NCBI RefSeq assembly: GCF_009834535.1
Contig: NC_045707.1
Span: forward strand, 20,274,001-20,338,000
Length of the DNA: 64,000 nucleotides
Reading direction: 5' to 3'
Source of the DNA: Camelus ferus
Taxonomy: Eukaryota
Part shown: piece by piece, positions 1-11,356 of the stretch
Layout of the letters: the number at the start of each line of letters is the position of its first letter
How positions within the stretch are numbered: the stretch's first letter is position 1
Translations under genes and position numbers: made by a program
Notes under the pieces: model-generated
Told to the model about the DNA's origin: nothing
The model's input: only the letters and a program-made list of their open reading frames with translations
The model's database searches: none

Positions 1-1482
1 TGAGGCCTAAATAAGTGGCTCAAAGACTTCGAGATTCCTTGGACTAGTTGAAGTTTCCCTCAAATTATAGAACCAACATTCAATAGCCATCTTTATTTTG
101 CTTAGTTGCCATTTAATAAAATAAATGACATTTTCAACATTCAAAAGTAGGAAGATTATAATTGCTCATAATCTTAGAATAAAGAACACTAATAGAAATT
201 GTTTGCAAATTACCCTTTTATCTTTTGGTGCGGAGAATTTGTCATTAGCTAGCTGCAAACGTATCCCACACTGCCCTCTAGAGACTAGAAGGTTGAATTA
301 CAACCTTAGTTTAAGTGACGGCCTTATTTAATTTTGGAAGATCACTTCCGCTCCCTTTCTGCTCTCAACTGAACTTGAGCTTTTACTACGAATCAAGGAG
401 CTGTGTGGGGAGTACTAAGAGATATACACAAAAGGGAACCGACAGTGAAAAGGTGATTTTGGAAAATGATTCCCAACTCAACTGTATATAAACTAATCAT
501 CAAAGAGGCCTGATGCCCAACCTCTCCCACCAGTCTTAAGAAACAGGGCTCAGCCCAAGTATACAAAGAAGTCAGTTAGGGACTGTCTGAAGCCATGGAT
601 GAGACTTCTGCCTAATAACAGTGTCACCTTATAAAAAGCCACACACATGCTTTATATAATTGACCTTTTAAACCTCAACTTTTTTTTTCATTTTACATAA
701 GAAACGGAGGCAAAGAGCAGCTAAGTAACTTGATCAAAGCCACAGCTGGTTAAGCTGGCAGAGATGGAACAGAATACTTGACTCTGTCTTTCCTATCCTT
801 CAGATTCTTTGGAATTTAAAACTCCCTCTGCAACCATACCTAATCTTTTCTCTGTATCAATATCCCCCACCCACTTCCACTTAGATTGTGATGGACTGAA
901 GGGCTTCAAGTATGGTAGGAAACAAGAGCAGAATTTCCTGTTGAAATTTTCCTATTGGGTTAGAAACTACATGATCAATCAAAAACATTCAGTGATTAAA
1001 AAAAAAAAAAAAGTTCTTTAGGTCACAGACCCCGAGATACTAATTAAGGCTGTGGACCCTCTCCCTAGAAAGCTGCACATAAATCTTTGAGTAATACTTC
1101 AAAGCATTTATAAGTATCACCTCTTCCTCCAATTTCATCAGTTGTCTGCCAGAGGTCTATAGACCACCACCCTTTCCCTTATATTCATTCTGTATAGATG
1201 GCCTAAATAAACAAACTAGGGTCAGATTTGATGAGGTCTCTAGTGGCCTGGGAACAGGAGCTATTAAACAGCAATAAATGGGCTATTTCCAAATTGGGTT
1301 ACCTCACTATTCAAGAAAAGATTAGCGGGAATATGGTGGTACCAAGACACAAGGGAGGGTGTTTCTGATTCAATAAACATTATTGGGTGTCCTTCCTTCC
1401 AAATTTCTAGTATCAGATGGAGAAATAGGAAAAAATAAATAAAAAGAAAAAGAAACACTCCAGTACTTTTTTTTCCTCCTTT

Positions 1483-1488
1483 TTTACT
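1483..1488 (-). terminator. RAB5B: Candidate RAB5B proximal polyadenylation signal (variant AGTAAA)
   Basis: AGTAAA on the minus strand, followed ~30 nt downstream by a GU/U-rich tract (tgtttctttttctttttatttattttttt, 1431-1458). This would give a 3'UTR of ~2.5 kb. Confidence 0.45.
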
Positions 1489-1588
1489 TACATTAAATAC
1501 ATCGGTAAATCAGCAGTCGCATTCTGTTACCACGATTGTTATGTTGGGAGAAGGAGAAAGGGGGGAAAAGGCAAATGCTTTCTCAGGG

Positions 1589-1624
<36 letters not shown>
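1589..1624. repeat. A36 homopolymer (U36 in the RAB5B 3'UTR)
   Basis: Direct read. Confidence 0.95.
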
Positions 1625-1625
<1 letters not shown>

Positions 1626-3954
1626 CCTCCCCGCTTAAAAAAAAAGATCAGAAGAAAAAAAATGAAGAGCTGGGAAATAAAAACTAAGATTCCCCCAAGC
1701 CCAACAGAGCTCAAAGGAAAGCAGAAGAGCTGGAAGTAGATGGAAGGCAGCAGACAGGCCCAGAAGCTAAGGCCAATCCTGTTCCTAAGGGGGGGCGGGG
1801 AGGGAAGAAGAAGCCTGGAGAAATGGTTTCCCAGCCCCAAGGCAATGAAACATCTTTACTCCTGCTCCACAAGGAAAGCTGTGCAGACAAAGAACTTCAT
1901 TTCTAAGAGGCTTAAGAGAGCCATCCTAGTTCTTCCACTTGTAGGGATGCACTGAGTGCTTTTGGTGCTAGTGGGCGCTGGGAAAGGGGAAAATGTTTGC
2001 GTGTTTCAGGGCCACGGGAACTAAGGCTGCCCCTGGAAAAGGAAGGGAATTGAGGCCTAAGTGGAAGAACCTAAGCTGGGTCCTCCAGAAGCTCAGCTTC
2101 TTGGATTTCTCAGCTGCTCTGGGACAGGAGGCAGTCTGGAAGCCGAAAGGGCAGAAAGGTTCCAATCCTGGGTCACTATGGCCTCTCCTTACTTCCCCCA
2201 ATAGTCCCAAAACTCTGGGTTAGAACGAGAAGGAGTTGAAAGTTCTCTCTTGCCTTGATGGCTTCCCAAAGCCATCCTAAAATTCCTGATGAGGGATGTA
2301 AAGAGGCTAGAGATTTAAAAGGACAACCATTCTCTGGGATGTGAGACACCGTGAGGGACCTTCAGTGCCAGTCATTCCCTGTCCACAGGAACAGGTGTTA
2401 AGATATGAGGGAGCCACATGTAGGCCTCTATGGTACTACCCCCTAGTGGTGTGTGGATTAAACCACTGGTTGTATGGGGGGTGGGGATATCATGGAGGAA
2501 CCAAACTGAAGATACTAACAAAGAAGAAAAGAAATAGGGAGATGGGGGACAGAACAGACTGTACAGTGGGAATAAAGATCATATCTATTTACAGGGAAGT
2601 AGAAAAGACATGGTAATTGGTGGATCAAATTGAATGGGAACCCTGGGAAAGGACAGAAAATGCCTCCCTTTTGCCTGACTCCTCTTCACTCCCCTACCAT
2701 GGCCTATGCTGTCCTGAGACTCCTCTTCAGTTGCTCAGTGATTCCCCAGGAAAGGCAAACCTATACCCAAGAGCTAGGATGGTAAGAATACAGGTGAGGT
2801 AAGAATCAGAGTTGGAGGAAGGTAGCAGTGGAGATTGGGCTTGAGTAGCTGCCACCAGTACTGTTCTCTACAGCCCCTCCCCAAACCTCACATACACCTC
2901 AGATTCCATTTAACTAAAAGGAGTAGAGGGCAGGTAAATCAATCAAAACCCCTATAAAACAAATATCACAACTGAACTACCATCAATTAAAGTGCAAACT
3001 GCAGGGGGATACAGTGGCTGGGGCTGAGGCCATCTGAAGGCAAGAGAGGGGAAAAAATGCATATGTAAAGGTCAGAGGATGGGTATCAGAAACTGGTCCC
3101 TCCTCCATTTAGATCACAGCAGAGCCAAAGATGCAGGCAACCAGTGAAGATTCTTTGGAGGACTCTAGGGTCCAGAATCTCCCCCGCTATGGGGGAGAAG
3201 CTACCTAAGAGGCTGGGTGAGGGGAAAGGAGGCCTTAGAAGAATGCCAGAGCCACAGATGACACTACGTCTCCACCTCCTCCTCCCAGTTAGCTAACAAC
3301 ATGACTCCAGCCTGGTGCCCAAGAGCTTGCCTTCCCATTCTCACCTCCACCTAGAAACACCCTCCATAAGACCAACTCACGGATACTGCAGTGTTTTCAA
3401 ATATGAGAAACTCCAACCAAATAAAAACAAAAAGGAAACGTTTCCTTACTCCCTCCTGCTCCGCACCTTACTTTTCCCCAGGGCCCTTAATGTGACTGAA
3501 GTAGAAAACTCCTTCAGTTCCTGGATTCACCACCTTCTCCATCCTGGGGAGAGGAGGAAAAAGGGATCAAGAACAGAGATTGACCAAAAGCAGAAGGGGA
3601 AGGGGCAGGAGACAAAAAATGTTTTCTGAAAAAATGGGGAGGAGGAGGAGGAAAGATAAGTAGGTCACTGTCTTGCACCTATAATACAAAGTGAAGAAAG
3701 TTTGTTTTGGAAGGTAAGTCCTGGGGGATCTGACCCCCAAGCCCCAGAGTAGGGGTAGGAGGCCAGTGGTAACAGCTGCCTGGTGTTGGTTGCTGAAGCG
3801 TTAAAAAGTGCCATGACGGAGCTGTCAGGAGGCAGCCCTTGGAGCCAGGGCTCAGTGTGCTGTTACCATAGGGGCTGTGTGCTGAGGGGTGGGGATGGAG
3901 GTTATTTCTTAGCTCTCGTGCTAGCTCCGTGCTTGTTTGCTGCTAGCCACCCCC

Positions 3955-4070
3955 TCAGTTGCTACAACACTGGCTCTTGTTCTGCTGGGACTGCTCATGG
4001 AGATCCACACCACGGCTTCGGCCTGCTGCACCCCCCAGATTCTGGGGTTCACTCTTTGGCAACTTCTTAG
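3955..4070 (-). CDS. RAB5B: RAB5B last coding exon
   Basis: [41 protein letters not shown]. Confidence 0.97.
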
Positions 4071-6772
4071 CTAGAGATAAAAACAGAAGGGAACAAAGCA
4101 TGGTCAATTTTACTGATACTCCCAAAAAAGACTACTGGGTGGGGGAGAAGTAGGGGAACGAGGGAAAGGGGATGTTCTGCAGGGGGGCGGGTTCACTGTA
4201 AACTACACTGAAGATGAGGGGTCTTAAGCTGCAGTGGTAGGACAGAGGGTCACATGGAAAGTTAAGATGCTGCTCTGACCTTACCTATTGCCAGGAAGAG
4301 ATCATTCACGTTCATAGCTGTCTTGGCTGAAGTCTCCATAAACAATAAGCTGTTGTCATCTGCATACGCCTGGGCCTCCTGAAAGGGGTGGGGTGGACTG
4401 GTGCTCAGAATGCAGGGCAGGAACAAGTACTGCCTTTCCACTCCCATGTAGCACCAGAGCTAGCCAATATCCTAGGTTCCCTCCCTTAACTGCCCCTCTG
4501 AGCCAGCTGGCCCTGGACCCATATTTTGGTGATGACTCCCTCAAGGATAACCCAGGGTCTAGCCCACTTAATCCCACAAACAGAGGTCAGGAATCTTAAT
4601 TATGGGGAAGAAGGTAAGCTGGTTGGGGGTTTTCGAGTTCTGACACTTGAATAGTCCCTTACCTCAAATTCAATTGCTCCCTCTTTCCTGTTTTCACATT
4701 GGTACCCCCACAGCTGGTACTCCCACAGCTGGTACCGGTACTTCCCTACCCCTTTGCTCTGGAATTGTCTTCTGACTCCTCTAAAATCTCCTGGCTGGCA
4801 TTAGGGTCACAGTTTTGCTGTATTTAACTTGGTGCAGAACTGGGGAATGAGATGATGAATGTCCTCAGATGACGTTTTCAGAGAGGGCAGGTTTGGAAAA
4901 GAGAGGTCCTAAGCACAGAGGGAGAGTGTTAGAGAGGGACTCTACGGCCATCTTACTTCATACTCCACCATGCGCTTGTTGGCCAGGTCAGCTTTGTTCC
5001 CCGCCAGGGCAATAACGATGCTAGGACTGGCCTGTCGTTGTAGTTCCTTCACCCATGTCTTTGCTCGGGCGAAGGTCTCCTAGGAAGACACGAGGATGAG
5101 AATGGATAGGCTGGAATGACTGCCGATCCAGGCCCATCACCTTCAAAAACCAGTCTTAAAACTCACCTCTTCTAAGCAGCCTTCACTCACTGAAACCACC
5201 TGTGTCTGACAATTCATTACCTATGTCTTCTCAGCACTTGGAAGCATAATTTGTATTCTTATTTTGCTATTTTAAGAACCAGTTTTCTTTCCCCCACCTA
5301 ATTTAATTCCTATAAATAAAAGCAAGGACAATCTTCTCAGCCCACTTACCTGATTAGTAATGTCATAAACCACAATTGCAGCTTGGGCACCTCTGTAGTA
5401 CATGGGGGCCAAGCTATGGTACCGCTCCTGCCCAGCTGTGTCCCAGATCTCAAACTTGACTGTTGTGTCATCTAGACAAACAGACTGGGTGAGGAAGGCC
5501 GCTATGAATGAGAGAATGGAAGAGAAGTTGTTGTTAAGTGGAAGGATGAATGAGAAGATCCCACCACCCCCTCCTCAAAATATCTCCACTCTCAGTCCAA
5601 GACCGGTCACCACCCAGGCTATTCACCTATAGGAAAGGCTTAGCATTCTCCTCCAGGTCCTGGAACCAGAACTAAGGCTGCTCTTGGCTAAGTCCTTCCT
5701 GTCAGAAGTCTCTCTAGCTAAGGAATGGGGGCACGTCATAAATCCTGAGGGACAGAAAGAAGAACTGGCACTTATACCAGAGTCATCCCTCTTCCAACCA
5801 AAACAGAGGAGTAAGATGATGACAGAGATCATAAGTTTCAGAAAAAAGTCACATCAAGAACTGATTAGAAGATTTTAAAGCCTGATGTGAGGTCCCACCA
5901 TTATCAATATTATTTGGCTGCTACTTTTTCATATCTTCTTCTGTTGGTCCAAGAACACGTTTCCAAGGTGACTAATAAAAGTGGGGAAGAAAGACATGGG
6001 AATTCGCAAAAGATCCTTTATTGAATTAGCACCCTATTTTGGGGTAGTGGCAGGGAGAAGGTAGCAAAGGTGGAAAAGGCAGATGTCCTTTATCTTTTGT
6101 ATTTAGTTCCAGCCTCTATTTTACCAGATATGTGCATCAGGATCATTTAAAGAGCTTTTCCAAACATACATGTCTATACCATCACCAACCTAACCCTACC
6201 CCCAATACTAATCAGTAGATCGAGGGTAGGACCCAAGCATGCATGGGATGAAAATGGTCTCCAGGTGATTCTAATGTACATCTCTGATTATGAGTCACTG
6301 CCCCAAACCAACCTTGCTCAAGATGACACTCAACTGAACTTCACTGGCATAAAGATGAGAGTAGGAAGAGGAAAACAGACTGTGATAGAAAATTAGTGGT
6401 TTTCTTGGTGCACAAAGGCCAACCTTTCTAACCTTCTAGGAAGTAAGAGGATGAACATATACCTGCTTTCTGGCATTATGGCAATTTTTTTGTTTCACAA
6501 AGGATTTCCATTTCAGGGAGCCAAGAGGGCCAGTTCCACAATCAGGTCCCTATATCTCCCTTCAAAGCCTTTCTAAGCATTGAACCTCTTCTCTCCCTGA
6601 GGTACTCACCTCCAATGGTGCTCTCCTGGTACTCATGGAACTGCCCTTTGACAAAACGTAATACCAGGCTAGACTTTCCCACTGCAGATTCACCCAGCAG
6701 GACCAATTTGAATTGGCATATTTTGCTGGCCTGGGGCTGCCCGTTGGGCCTGGCTGTGCTTCTGCTAGTCAT
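3955..6772 (-). CDS. RAB5B: Ras-related protein Rab-5B, whole CDS span (215 aa)
   Basis: complement(join 6610-6772, 5350-5501, 4957-5079, 4285-4378, 3955-4070) = 163+152+123+94+116 = 648 nt. All introns are GT-AG. P-loop [24 protein letters not shown] and C-terminal CCSN prenylation motif are present. Confidence 0.98.
4285..4378 (-). CDS. RAB5B: RAB5B coding exon 4
   Basis: [31 protein letters not shown]; AG/GT boundaries. Confidence 0.97.
4957..5079 (-). CDS. RAB5B: RAB5B coding exon 3
   Basis: [41 protein letters not shown]; AG/GT boundaries. Confidence 0.97.
5350..5501 (-). CDS. RAB5B: RAB5B coding exon 2
   Basis: [51 protein letters not shown]; AG/GT boundaries. Confidence 0.97.
6610..6772 (-). 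CDS. RAB5B: RAB5B coding exon 1 (exon spans 6610-6872 including 100 nt of 5'UTR)
   Basis: [54 protein letters not shown]; acceptor tttcttgcag, donor G|GTGAGT. Confidence 0.97.
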
Positions 6773-7385
6773 GGCTAGATTATCAGAGTGGGAAAGGGTG
6801 AAGGGAGGGGGATGCCACAAAGCGGCGAAGGGGGGAGGGGGGAGGGGAGGGGACTTCCAGGCTTCAACAGTCCTGCAAGAAAAAAAGTGGGCAAAATTAA
6901 ACACAGGGCCATTACAGCTGCAATCATTTTTTAAAGAAAGGATAGAATCTCTTCATTTCTTTGCTCCCATGAGGACTTAACTCTTATAATCACCCATCAT
7001 TAAAAGGTTATACCTAGACAGCAGACACTCAGTGGTAAGAGTGGGAAACAGTAAAATAAGAACTGCATCTAAAATAGAGTTTGCTGAAATGGAGACTAAA
7101 AATCGTGTGAGAGAAGTTTTTAACCTCCCATTCATTCCCGAACAGGTCTTCAAAGAAAGGCAAAGTGATCAACTTTTTAGTTAAAACACCCGTATCCACC
7201 CACAAGGACACTAGATCCCTGCTAACTCCTTGGTGTCCTGATACTGTCTTTTTTTACTCTCCTCTTTTTTCTAGCTTTCAAAATGAGAGATTTACTCTAG
7301 GGGTGTCAGACAAGTCACCCCTCCTCAGTGGAGGGTAGCTTCTGTTCTATATCCTTCATACATGACCATTCTTCTCGACATTTCT

Positions 7386-7583
7386 GAAAATCTAACCAAA
7401 GTCTAATTACCAAAAAATGTGTCCTTTCTCACTTCTGGTCAAAAGTAAGTACAGAAACACAACCAAGAGCCCACGTTCAGTATGAAAATCTAATCAAGGT
7501 CCAATTACCAAAAAAAATCTATCTTTTCTCATTTCTGGTCAAAGGTTAGTATAGAAACACAACCAAGAGAACACATTCAGTAT
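7386..7583. repeat. Tandem duplication of a ~99-bp unit
   Basis: 7386-7483 and 7484-7583 align end to end (gaaaatctaa...ttctggtcaaa...gaaacacaaccaagag...ttcagtat). Confidence 0.9.
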
Positions 7584-8264
7584 TAATTCTTCACTTTGCT
7601 TCTGCCACCTCTCCGAACCTGAAACTCTGAGTCAGTAAGTTTGACTTGCTCTCAACCTGCAGCTGTCCTCCTGGTGCCTAGGGATTAGACTACCCTCCAC
7701 ACTAAAAGGGCCCAACAGCTGTAGCCCTCCAAATTACAGGCAGAGAAAGAAGGTACCTTCTCAATACATGCAAAAGTCTCTAGAGGATGGTATAGGGGCT
7801 AAGTCTTCAAGCTATAAATATTTGATGAAAGAATAGAACTAATCACCTTCTCTACCTTCCAAGTGGCTAGGACAGCTGGTGGTGGAGGAGGAGACAGAAA
7901 AGTTGGGACTCTGAGTGTCCCATCATCCAAACCTGAACACATATCATGTTGACTCTGAGGGGAAATGAACTATAAGATTCAAAGAAATGTCAGCATGATC
8001 AGAGCATGCAAAACCTCTCTAAAACCTAAGTGTTGCTTGGGTTGTACTTTGCTTGTTCAAGTGACTCTTTCCCTGCTCTAGGGTTAATTCTGTTGACTCC
8101 ACAAACATACTCTGACATATAGGGGGAAACATTTTTGTCACTATAGCAAGTTGCTTTGGAGTCAAATCAGGGTTAAAAATCTCTGCAATCCTAGATGAAG
8201 ACAAGACAGAAAATAAAAGATAGAAAAACCATACAGGAGGCAATGCAGAGGAACACAGGTTGTG

Positions 8265-8640
8265 GAGTCCAATTCACTGGATTTATTTTATAGTTCTGCT
8301 TACTAGCTGTGAAACTTGGGACAAGTTATTAAATCTATCTGTGTATTTACTCCCACATCTGTAAAATGGGTTAATAGCCTTATGAGCATCTACTTCATAA
8401 GGTTGGTGTGAGGATTAAGTGAGATAATATATACAAAGAACCTAAATATTTGACAAAAAGTGCTCAATGATTATTAAGCTACTAATCATTATGAATATAA
8501 CATCAAGAAAATTTCTCTGCCTGAGCCTTACCTTCTGCATTTATAAAATGGAAAAAAAACCTACCTCATAAAGTAGCCATGAGGATTAAATGAAAGATAT
8601 ATTTAGCATAGTGCTAATAAATAATAAGGTAGGTATGTCA
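8265..8640 (+). mobile_element. MIR SINE fragments
   Basis: MIR core: ctgtgaaacttgggacaagttatt..catctgtaaaatggg..gtgaggattaagtgagataat; second copy ctgagccttacc..aaaatgga..gaggattaaatga. Confidence 0.6.
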
Positions 8641-9554
8641 TTTAGAGGCCCTGATTCACAGAAAAGATCAATTTAATATATTAAATTTCTCAATATTAGT
8701 CGTTATCAATATATTTCTAAAAGCCATGATATGAGATAGAGGGAAAAAAAAACAAGAAAAAAAAGTATAAAGAGGAAGTTAACAGAGGAATGAGACAGAA
8801 GTGAGAACTCAGAAAAGTCCCAAAGTAGACTAATTAAGACAGAGGAATGTAAGAAATTACTCTGATCCTACTGGGTATTTTGTAGTCTCCTAGGTCAATG
8901 AGTTCTAAGAATCTAGATATACATGTGCCACTTTGTGAAGTTTTCACTAGTCTACGATAAAATGATTAAAAGAAAAATGACATAGCAAGTTTTTCATAAA
9001 GCTAAATTTATTCAATCTAAAAATATCCTTTCTAAGATTTCTAACTTCTTACTTTCTCAGCATCAATTTTCTTTCAGAGGTAAATATATATTTATTGCAT
9101 GGATAAACCTCTCAGGCCTATTGTTAACGTTAAAAATAAACTGGAGAACAAAACACATGGTTGATCCTATTTCTATAAAACAAAACAAAATCCTACGGAG
9201 AAAAAAGTATGGAAAGATACAGACTCATCTGTTAACAGTGGTTACCTCCCTCTGAGGAGAGTGGTATGTGAAGGATTCAGATTTTTTTCATTCTACATAA
9301 TCCTTTTCTAACAGGAAATATATATTTTTAAAGTTTCCCATATAACTAGGTTTTTTTTAGTGCTTTTAAAAAATAGTGTTGATAGGCTTTCTAAATAACC
9401 TTGTTTTATGTATAAAAATAAAAACGCCAAAATTTAAATAATTGGTCTATTAAATCCAAAATCCTGGGAACTAGTATTGCAAGAATCAGTATTAACTCAC
9501 TTCTTAACCACTAGTCACAGTTCTTTAGCTCTTTCCATTCTCAAACCTTTAAAG

Positions 9555-9813
9555 CACTGTTTCTCCAATTGTGGCTGTAAGCCAACAGTGACCCTGAAAT
9601 CACTTGGTGGATCATGATCAGTATTATTAAAAAAAAAAAAAAAAAAAAAAAGAAAGAAAGAAAGAAAAAAAGTCAAATGTATTGTAAATAATAAGCATAA
9701 GAATTATTTTGCGAAAATGTTTCACTTGTGGGTAGATGTACACACAATGAATTACGAAGTAAAGAAAAAAATTTTTTAAAATGCCATGACCAAAAAAAGT
9801 TTAGAAAACATTG
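9555..9813. mobile_element. hAT-Charlie-type MITE (degraded)
   Basis: Imperfect TIRs cactgtttctccaa / tttagaaaacattg; internal A run. Confidence 0.45.
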
Positions 9814-11221
9814 CTTTGGATTAGGAATTTGGTATTAACAGATACACACTATTATCTATAAGACAGATAAACAACAAGGACATACAGAAACAGTGCTTTG
9901 GAGATGTCTGACACTGCAAGATGGGTTAACATGAAGGCCAGTCTCTGGCCAGCCTATAGGCTATGGTTACTACTAAAGTACTTCTAGATGAAATTAAGAT
10001 GAGGGCTGAATATAGCTCTCCAGGGGTCAGAGGTTCTCCAACCCTGCTACTAAAGTTAGGGAGCAATTATGAAAATGGGAAGTCAAAGCCGACAGAGGCA
10101 GTCCCACACAATGGTAAGGGCTTTGCAATCAGGCAAGCCTGAGTTTTATTCTCTGCTTTGCAATGAACCCATTGGGATCTCAGACTATTCACTCCCTTTG
10201 CCTTTCTGAGCCTTAGTTTCCTTATCTGTGAGGATGTGGGGGTGGGGTGGGGAGGATAATAGGTGAAAGTAGCAAAAGGCAGAATTTGAATTCAATTCCA
10301 AAGTTCTGGGTACATTTAAGATATCTGTTTCTCTTAGGTCTTGACTTCTCAGAATCTGTGAGGATGAATTATTTTTTAAAACATTTATGTAGTACTTCAT
10401 ATACATTATTTCATAGGAAAAGAAGATAGGCCATCATAACTCTACACTCTAAAACAGATAACATAATAGGAAAAAAACCCTACAAATAAGCTGATAAAGT
10501 TTCCTTTAGGTGCCATACACATTCTCTACTCTTAAGAAACAACAGGGAAAGTTACTAGATTCTTCGACTTACTCCCTCACATTTTTATCTACCAAAGCAC
10601 GTGATTCAAGGGGCAGAACACTAAGCCTTAATGTTACTGCTCTACAATATATGGGAGTTAGAAGAGACTGAATTCTCATGGGCAAACACATCATGCTAGG
10701 CCTGGGAAAACAGTAGGGAGTTGGAGAAGTGTGAAGACAGGAAACAGTCAGACACTAGGGTTGCAAAGCCCTTGGTCACTAACCCTCACAGATTTTAAGT
10801 CAAGCCAGAGCCCATCAGCAATCAGCAAACTTTCTTGAATTGTCAGATTAGTAACTACTGGATTAGAGGAGACTACCTCTACCCCAAAGTTTTAACTCGA
10901 GGGTATGTCCTACCTTCTCTGTTCACAGTAATTGATGGGTTGTCATCTCTGTGCCTTATCTTTAATCCCAACGTGTTTATAGGGGTATTATGTTTCTTAG
11001 GCAATAGCTGGACTTTCAAAAGTTCAGGGGTACAGAAATGGAATAATACATATAAGACTCAACTGATTTCTACTCTGATGGTGATTTTTTTTGCTAAGAG
11101 TTGACAGTGGGCAAACGACCCATCCAAAGGCAAAAATAAACCACAGCCAACCAGTCATGTAGTGTGATGATTATTACCTTCAAACTGGAGGCAAAAATAG
11201 GAGAAGGAGGTTTCTTTTCAT

Positions 11222-11356
11222 TTTTTGGGGTGGGGTGCTAATTACGTTTATTTATTTTTTAATTAAATTTTTTTTAAATGGAGGTACTGGGGATTGAACT
11301 CAGGACCTCATGCATGCTAAGCATGTGCTATATCACTGAGTTTTACCCTCCTCCCC
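11222..11356 (-). mobile_element. Camelid tRNA-derived SINE (vic-1 type)
   Basis: Reverse complement of GGGGAGG..CTCAGTG..GCATGCATGAGGTCCTGAGTTCAATCCCCAGTACCTCC with an AT-rich tail. Confidence 0.85.

Noticed and set aside
1536-1840. Poly-Lys and poly-Phe ORFs
   Set aside because: Translation artefacts of the A36 homopolymer in the RAB5B 3'UTR.
4701-4741. Short tandem repeats (cccacagctggtac x2; also ataagcata x3 at ~21710 and tctagagaga units at ~36090)
   Set aside because: Ordinary intronic slippage repeats far from splice sites.
6790-6853. G-quadruplex-like G runs in RAB5B exon 2
   Set aside because: They are on the template strand; the mRNA is C-rich there. Such runs are common and nothing else points to function.
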